Source of the DNA: an uncultured Polaribacter sp.
GTDB taxonomy: Bacteria > Bacteroidota > Bacteroidia > Flavobacteriales > Flavobacteriaceae
Assembly: GCA_913061165.1 (NCBI GenBank)
Contig: CAJXTJ010000001.1
Span: 1-56,357 of the forward strand
Direction of reading: 5' to 3'
DNA: 56,357 bases
Shown here piece by piece: positions 50,843 to 56,357 of the stretch (positions within the stretch are counted from its first letter, which is position 1; the number at the start of each line of letters is the position of its first letter). The position numbers and the translations under genes were made by a program. The notes below the pieces were generated by a model. It saw only the letters and a list, made by a program, of their open reading frames with translations. It was not told the origin of the DNA and did no database searches.

Positions 50843-51435
50843 GCTAAATAACCAAAAATGGCGATAAAAGTAAATCCAAAATATTGAAAGCTTGTAAATG
50901 TAAAGCCTTTATATAGGTATAAAGGTACAGAAATTAGATCTCCTACTATCCAGAAAATCCAATTTTCTATTTTGCGTTTTGCCATTAACCACATTCCAAC
51001 AAAAAAGATAGCTGTTGTAATAGTATCCAGGTAAGCAATCCAACTTGTCCATTTGTCAAATTTTTGATAAATTATAAAAACAAAGAGCAGTGCTGCAATA
51101 AAGAGGACAATTGAAATCTTTTTTTCTTTAAAAGTAGTAGTAGAAATCTGATTTACATGGGTTTTATCCACTTTACGCGTCCAGATATACCAGCCATAAA
51201 TACTCATTATAAAATAATAACCGTTAATTAACATGTCGCCTAAAAGCTCCCACTTAAAAAGTAAATACACAAAAATAAGTGTACTAATCATTCCTGTAGG
51301 GAAAACCCAAATTTTATTCTGTTTAGAGAACCAAACAGATAGAAAACCAAAAATTACAGCAACAATTTCTAAAGTAATGTCTAATGTTGAGTATGTTTTA
51401 TATTGGTCAAAAAGAAGTTCGAAAATTGTTGTCAT
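50803..51435 (-). CDS. pnuC: PnuC-family vitamin transporter
   Basis: YGWYIW, LDTITT, WLMAKRKIENWIFWIVGD, GYLAW. Confidence 0.9.
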   Translation of the reverse strand: MTTIFELLFDQYKTYSTLDITLEIVAVIFGFLSVWFSKQNKIWVFPTGMISTLIFVYLLFKWELLGDMLINGYYFIMSIYGWYIWTRKVDKTHVNQISTTTFKEKKISIVLFIAALLFVFIIYQKFDKWTSWIAYLDTITTAIFFVGMWLMAKRKIENWIFWIVGDLISVPLYLYKGFTFTSFQYFGFTFIAIFGYLAWKKNLHKTQLTS

Positions 51436-51536
51436 TTTATCTTTTAAAGTAGTTGCATCAAAAGTAAGAAGTTAATTTGTTTTTTTTACCATAATATCAG
51501 CAAGAGTGGCTTCTTGTTTATACACTTTAAGTACTT

Positions 51537-52163
51537 TTAATAAGCAAATACGCAAGTAAAACCTTCAAACTCTAAAAATGAAATGTTATAAGCAGTATTC
51601 TCTCCATTATAACGTATCTCTCCAGTAGTTTTTTCATCAGCAAATTTAAAATCTTCAATATAAATATGATGCAAGAATAAGAGTTTTTTCTTTCCGTATA
51701 TTTTGTATAAAGATTCTTTTGCACCCCAGACTATGGTTAATTTACTAATTAGCGCATCTACATTTGCAATGGTTTTATACTCTTCAAAGGGTGTAAATTT
51801 ATGTGCAATTTTTAAAATTTTATCACGCTGTTTTTCAATATCAACTCCTACATGAAACTTATCAGAAACTATAATAGCTGTAAAAGTAAAAGAATGTGTA
51901 ATCGAAATAAACTTGCCGTTTTTTAAGTGTGGCTTTCCAAATTCATCATAAATTAAATCAGCATCAGTATATCCAACTTCTTTTAATAAATGTCGAATAC
52001 TTAAGAAGCCTCTTTGATGTAATTGAGATTTCATAGAGTTTAAGCGTGTTGTGCTATTCTCAGAAAGTACAATTCCTTCTTGCAATTTAGAAATAGATTC
52101 TTCAATCTTCCAAATCAGGACTTTAGTTACTTTGTTAACCGTTAAAGTTTTGTAAAGAGCCAT
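51537..52163 (-). CDS. 4'-phosphopantetheinyl transferase family protein
   Basis: GKPHL, ISITHS, VGVDIE, WGAKESLYK. Confidence 0.9.
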   Translation of the reverse strand: MALYKTLTVNKVTKVLIWKIEESISKLQEGIVLSENSTTRLNSMKSQLHQRGFLSIRHLLKEVGYTDADLIYDEFGKPHLKNGKFISITHSFTFTAIIVSDKFHVGVDIEKQRDKILKIAHKFTPFEEYKTIANVDALISKLTIVWGAKESLYKIYGKKKLLFLHHIYIEDFKFADEKTTGEIRYNGENTAYNISFLEFEGFTCVFAY

Positions 52164-52184
52164 ACTTTTTTAAAATGGATGTCG

Positions 52185-52192
52185 TAACTTTG
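52185..52192 (+). promoter_or_regulatory. -7 promoter element of ahcY
   Basis: TAACTTTG 36 nt upstream of the start codon. Confidence 0.6.
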
Positions 52193-52228
52193 CAGTTCGA
52201 AAAAATTAGAATATAAATATACATTAAT

Positions 52229-53536
52229 ATGAGTAAAAATACAACATTCGTACCTTTCAAAGTGAAAGATATTTCTTTAGCAGATTGGGGTAGAAAAGAA
52301 ATGGATTTGGCAGAAGCAGAAATGCCAGGTTTAATGAGTTTAAGAGAAGAATATGGAGATGCACAACCTCTAAAGGGTGCTAGAATTGCAGGTTGTTTAC
52401 ATATGACAATTCAAACGGCAATTTTAATAGAAACTCTGCAAGCTTTAGGGGCAGACGTTACTTGGAGTTCTTGTAATATTTTTTCTACACAAGATCAGGC
52501 TGCTGCTGCAATTGCTGCAACAGGAACTTCTGTTTATGCTTGGAAAGGTATGAATGAAGAAGAATTTGATTGGTGTATTGAGCAAACCTTATTTTTTGGA
52601 GAAGACAAACAACCATTAAACATGATTTTAGATGATGGTGGAGATTTAACCAATATGGTTTTAGATCGGTATCCAGAATTAGCTGCAGGAATTAATGGAT
52701 TATCAGAAGAGACCACTACTGGTGTTCACAGGCTTTATGAAAGAGTTAAAAACGGAACATTACCGATGCCAGCAATTAACATCAATGATTCTGTTACAAA
52801 ATCAAAATTTGATAATAAATACGGTTGTAAAGAATCTGCAGTAGATGCAATTCGTAGAGCAACAGACATTATGTTAGCAGGAAAACGTGTAACTGTTTGT
52901 GGTTACGGTGATGTTGGTAAAGGAACAGCAGCTTCTTTTAAAGGTGCAGGTTCTATTGTAACGGTTACAGAAATAGATCCTATCTGTGCATTGCAAGCTG
53001 CAATGGATGGTTTTGAAGTTAAGAAATTAGAGACTGTTGTTGCAAACTCAGATATTATTATTACTACAACAGGAAATAAAGACATTGTACGTGGAGAGCA
53101 TTTTGAAGCAATGAAAGACAAAGTAATTGTTGCAAATATTGGCCATTTCGATAATGAAATTGATGTTCCTTATTTAAATGCGAACAGTGAAAAAGTTGAA
53201 ATTAAGCCACAAGTAGATAAATATAATATCAATGGAAATGATATTATATTGTTAGCAGAAGGACGTTTGGTAAACTTAGGTTGTGCAACTGGGCATCCAA
53301 GTTTTGTAATGTCTAACTCATTTACAAACCAGACTTTGGCGCAAATGGAACTTTGGAACAATGCAAAAGCATACGGAAACGAAGTGTATATGTTACCAAA
53401 ACATTTAGATGAAAAAGTGGCATTTTTACACTTAGCAAAAATTGGTGTAGAGTTAACTGAATTACGTCAAGACCAAGCAGCATATATTGGTGTAACACAA
53501 GCAGGACCTTATAAACCAGAACACTATAGATACTAA
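52229..53536 (+). CDS. ahcY: Adenosylhomocysteinase
   Basis: [48 protein letters not shown]. Confidence 0.97.
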   Translation: MSKNTTFVPFKVKDISLADWGRKEMDLAEAEMPGLMSLREEYGDAQPLKGARIAGCLHMTIQTAILIETLQALGADVTWSSCNIFSTQDQAAAAIAATGTSVYAWKGMNEEEFDWCIEQTLFFGEDKQPLNMILDDGGDLTNMVLDRYPELAAGINGLSEETTTGVHRLYERVKNGTLPMPAININDSVTKSKFDNKYGCKESAVDAIRRATDIMLAGKRVTVCGYGDVGKGTAASFKGAGSIVTVTEIDPICALQAAMDGFEVKKLETVVANSDIIITTTGNKDIVRGEHFEAMKDKVIVANIGHFDNEIDVPYLNANSEKVEIKPQVDKYNINGNDIILLAEGRLVNLGCATGHPSFVMSNSFTNQTLAQMELWNNAKAYGNEVYMLPKHLDEKVAFLHLAKIGVELTELRQDQAAYIGVTQAGPYKPEHYRY

Positions 53537-53566
53537 ATAGTTGTTTGCTTAGCAAGCTAAAAAAGA

Positions 53567-53596
53567 AAAACCCTTTCATTAATTTGAAAGGGTTTT
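53567..53596. terminator. Bidirectional terminator between ahcY and HMA gene
   Basis: AAAACCCTTTCA / TGAAAGGGTTTT inverted repeat. Confidence 0.85.
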
Positions 53597-53601
53597 ATTT
53601 T

Positions 53602-54000
53602 TTAGTTTTTCTTCTTTTTAAGCCCACCTTCGTGGTCTAGCACAATATTGCTATCTCTATATTTACAGCAAGGATGCACAGAGTTATAGGCTTTATCCGT
53701 GGCTATAAAATTTTCAACATCATGACCAACGTTTGCAATATTTTGTTTTACGGTATTTAGAGATGCTTTACGCTCATCTAAAATGAGGTTTATTTGATGC
53801 GTTTTCACATCCCAAATAGCAAACTTTACCCCCTTTGTTTTTAGGGCAGCAATCTCTATGCGTTTTTTACACATTCCACAAATACCGTCTACTTTAAAAG
53901 CAACTTTGGCGTTTTTTTTCTTTTTCACTGTTTTCATTTCTTGCGCTTGGGCAGAAAAACCAATGAAGATCAAACTGAATATAAATATCGCTTTTTTCAT
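53602..54000 (-). CDS. Exported heavy-metal-associated (HMA) domain protein
   Basis: Signal peptide, VDGICGMCKKRIE, C-terminal HPCCKYRD. Confidence 0.85.
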   Translation of the reverse strand: MKKAIFIFSLIFIGFSAQAQEMKTVKKKKNAKVAFKVDGICGMCKKRIEIAALKTKGVKFAIWDVKTHQINLILDERKASLNTVKQNIANVGHDVENFIATDKAYNSVHPCCKYRDSNIVLDHEGGLKKKKN

Positions 54001-54018
54001 TATTTTTTTATTTAAAAG

Positions 54019-56262
54019 TTATTTAATTTTAAATCGTAAACCTGCATAAATAGCGCGACCAAAAATTGGCGAGTATACAATTGTGCTGTCAAAATTGTTC
54101 CCAAAAGGATTCTCACTTCCTAAAATAGGATTTACTTGTTGAACATTTGTTAAATTTTCTCCACCAGCGTAAACTTCAAAGGTATTTGAAAACACTTTAG
54201 TGATTTGAGAGTTTAATAAACTATAACGCTCAGAGTTTATTGGTAATTGATATTGTGCTGGGTTTGTGGCTGTATTTGGCAAACGTTGTTCGCCGATATT
54301 ATTAAATGTAAGATCTAACTTCCATTGAGCACCATTGTCTTTTGTTGCTGTTTCGTAAGAAATGTTTGCAAAAAAACGATTATTAGGTTGCAGCGGTTTT
54401 TGTAATTTCCCAGTTTTATAAGCTGTTGAAATATCAAAATATTTAAAAGCAGTTCGTAGATTCAAGTTTTTTGCCAATTCATAATTTAATTCTAATTGAA
54501 AATTATTAGCAATACTTCTTCCATTTAAATTATAAAAAGAAACTGCTTGCGGGTTTTCCCAGTCTACAACAACTTGGTTACTAAAATCTGTTCTATAAAA
54601 ATCGAATGTAATATCTCCTTTTTTATTAAATAAATTAAATTTTTGCAAATACGAAATTCCATAATTCCAAGCAATTTCAGGATTTAATCCATAGATATTA
54701 CCACCGACAGCGTCTATATCTATTTTTCTAGAACTTGCAAATAATTGCTGATTTTCTGCAAAAATATTAGCACTTCTTTTTCCTCTTCCGGCAGAAGCTC
54801 TAAAGACTCCGTTTTCCCAAGGGGCATACCTTAGGTGCAACCTAGGTGTAATAAATGCACCTAATAAATTATGTGTATCTACTCTAACTCCTGCAGTTAA
54901 ACTGAAATCCTCTAGATTGTCAAAAGCATATTCAAAAAACACACCTAAAGAGTTTTCTTTTCTTTTGTAATTTGTAGTATTTACAAGTTCATTGTATTTG
55001 TCATAGGTAAAGTTAATACCTGTTTTAAACTTGCTTCTAGTATCTCCAATAATTGAGTTGAAAAGTAAGTTAGAGTATAAGCTTTCATGTTTAATATCAT
55101 ACACATTTAAGCCAAAATAAGAATCTTGTTGATGATTGCTATACGCTAATTGTAAACCGACACTTTGATATGGAATTTCAGGAAAAACATACCCTAGTTT
55201 TAAAGAAGTTTCAAATCGTTTTGTATCAATTTCACTTCCCCAAGAATTTGTATTTCCTTTATCTAAAGTTGGATTAAAATTGATTTCTCCAGTTTGTTTT
55301 TCATCATTTAAAAAACGAATATTCAGAAAACTAACCCAACCATTTTGTGCGTCTGTATATTGCCAGCGGTTCATTACATTTATTTGATTGGCTAGAGGTG
55401 CGTCTAAAAAATTATCATTGTTTTTATCAAATTTTTCACCTCTATAATTCCCATGAATATAAAGTCCAGTTTGCCATTTTTCTGAAACTCTTCGGTTAAA
55501 ATGAGTATTTAATTCTAACCTACCATTTAGAGAACTATAGGTGTTTAAGAAAAATTTATTATCAGAAAAAGGCTTTACCAATTCTGCATTTATTTGCCCA
55601 GAAATACTTTCAAAGCCATTTACAACAGAACCTGCACCTTTTGTAATTTGAATACTCTCTACCCAAGTTCCTGGTGTAAAAGTTAAACCAAAAGCTTGCG
55701 CAGCGCCTCTTATAGAGGGTATGTTTTCTTGCATAATTTGCAAATACGGACTTTTAAGTCCCAACATTTGTATTTGACGTGTTCCTGTTAATGCATCAGA
55801 GAAACTAACATCTATAGACGGATTGGTTTCAAAACTTTCTGCTAAATTACAGCAGGCTGCTTTTAATAGTTCGTCGTTATTCACTGTAAAAGTGTTGGCT
55901 GTAGCAAATAAAGATTTTTGAACGGCATTTCTTTTGCTTCGAATAGTTATTCCTTTTAATTCGTTTTCTATAGTTATAAAATGATGAATTGGTGTTAGAT
56001 CTTTAACTACTATAGTGTCTGTTTTGTATCCAATATAACTTATTACTAACTTTTTATATTCCTTTTTAAAGGGGATTGTAAACCAGCCTTTTTCATTTGT
56101 AATTGTTCCAATATTTGTATTTAACCAATTTACGGTGGCACCTGCAACGCCTAAATTATTTTTCGGATTTTCTTGGTCCATAATCATTCCTTTCAAATTA
56201 GTTTGAGCAAGAATAAATATTGGAAATAGTAAGATAAAGCTATTTAATATGTGTTTTTTCAT
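54019..56262 (-). CDS. TonB-dependent receptor with plug Cys-Cys motif (putative metal importer)
   Basis: Signal peptide, CarboxypepD_reg-like domain, KAACCNLAESFETN, KGAGSVVNG, C-terminal YAGLRFKIK. Confidence 0.88.
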   Translation of the reverse strand: MKKHILNSFILLFPIFILAQTNLKGMIMDQENPKNNLGVAGATVNWLNTNIGTITNEKGWFTIPFKKEYKKLVISYIGYKTDTIVVKDLTPIHHFITIENELKGITIRSKRNAVQKSLFATANTFTVNNDELLKAACCNLAESFETNPSIDVSFSDALTGTRQIQMLGLKSPYLQIMQENIPSIRGAAQAFGLTFTPGTWVESIQITKGAGSVVNGFESISGQINAELVKPFSDNKFFLNTYSSLNGRLELNTHFNRRVSEKWQTGLYIHGNYRGEKFDKNNDNFLDAPLANQINVMNRWQYTDAQNGWVSFLNIRFLNDEKQTGEINFNPTLDKGNTNSWGSEIDTKRFETSLKLGYVFPEIPYQSVGLQLAYSNHQQDSYFGLNVYDIKHESLYSNLLFNSIIGDTRSKFKTGINFTYDKYNELVNTTNYKRKENSLGVFFEYAFDNLEDFSLTAGVRVDTHNLLGAFITPRLHLRYAPWENGVFRASAGRGKRSANIFAENQQLFASSRKIDIDAVGGNIYGLNPEIAWNYGISYLQKFNLFNKKGDITFDFYRTDFSNQVVVDWENPQAVSFYNLNGRSIANNFQLELNYELAKNLNLRTAFKYFDISTAYKTGKLQKPLQPNNRFFANISYETATKDNGAQWKLDLTFNNIGEQRLPNTATNPAQYQLPINSERYSLLNSQITKVFSNTFEVYAGGENLTNVQQVNPILGSENPFGNNFDSTIVYSPIFGRAIYAGLRFKIK

Positions 56263-56310
56263 TAATATTAATTTTATTATAATTAAAACTGTGCCTCCTT
56301 AGTAGAAGAC

Positions 56311-56357
56311 CTGTCTCTTATACACATCTCCGAGCCCACGAGACCTCTCTACATCTC
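56311..56357 (-). other. Illumina Nextera i7 adapter remnant (sequencing artefact)
   Basis: CTGTCTCTTATACACATCT-CCGAGCCCACGAGAC-CTCTCTAC-ATCTC, reverse complement of the 5' end. Confidence 0.98.

Noticed and set aside
51472-51525. Tiny minus-strand ORF (MYKQEATLADIMVKKTN) between the PPTase and pnuC as a gene remnant
   Set aside because: 17 codons, GTG start, no recognisable similarity; cannot be supported
52164-52228. SAH/SAM riboswitch upstream of ahcY
   Set aside because: Only about 30 nt of A/T-rich leader after the promoter, with no aptamer motifs
673-54049. Many short antisense or overlapping ORFs in the track (e.g. 2330-2599, 3694-4080, 17482-17991, 23274-23714, 43213-43515)
   Set aside because: Shadows of well-supported genes, with no motifs or promoters of their own
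1-56357. Terminal inverted repeats with Tn5 mosaic ends suggesting a composite transposon or linear element
   Set aside because: They include the Illumina index and P7 sequence, there is no transposase, and the content is core housekeeping genes

Overview
AT-rich core-genome contig of a Bacteroidota (Flavobacteriaceae; Polaribacter/Tenacibaculum-like by gene order and TAnnTTTG promoters, taxon inferred). Both ends carry untrimmed Illumina Nextera adapter (1-48 and 56311-56357), which creates a false start for the first ORF. Contents in order: metallophosphoesterase (partial), Cys-less thioredoxin-fold protein, polysaccharide deacetylase, DUF2723/GT117 membrane protein, tRNA-Gln(UUG), sugar MFS transporter, thrABC, a 519-aa unknown helical protein, leuA-leuB, ilvD-ilvB-ilvN-ilvC-ilvA, gapN, Usp, rimP-nusA-infB, SPOR protein, the alternative complex III operon actABCDEF with aa3 oxidase subunits II and I, ruvB, SulP and rhodanese, a diverged primary-type sigma-70, a TPP-riboswitch TonB receptor, arfB, NadR-type kinase, PnuC, a PPTase, ahcY, an HMA protein and a Cys-motif TonB receptor. 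No mobile elements, CRISPR or defence systems were seen. The most interesting signals are regulatory and absent from the ORF track: a Thr/Ile-rich leader peptide before thrA, a leader peptide plus terminator/antiterminator before ilvD, operator-like palindromes in the leuA and ilvD promoters next to a divergent 519-aa candidate regulator, a Fur-box-like palindrome before the ACIII-aa3 operon, and a uORF plus palindrome before the sigma paralog. All calls come from reading the sequence; no searches were run.
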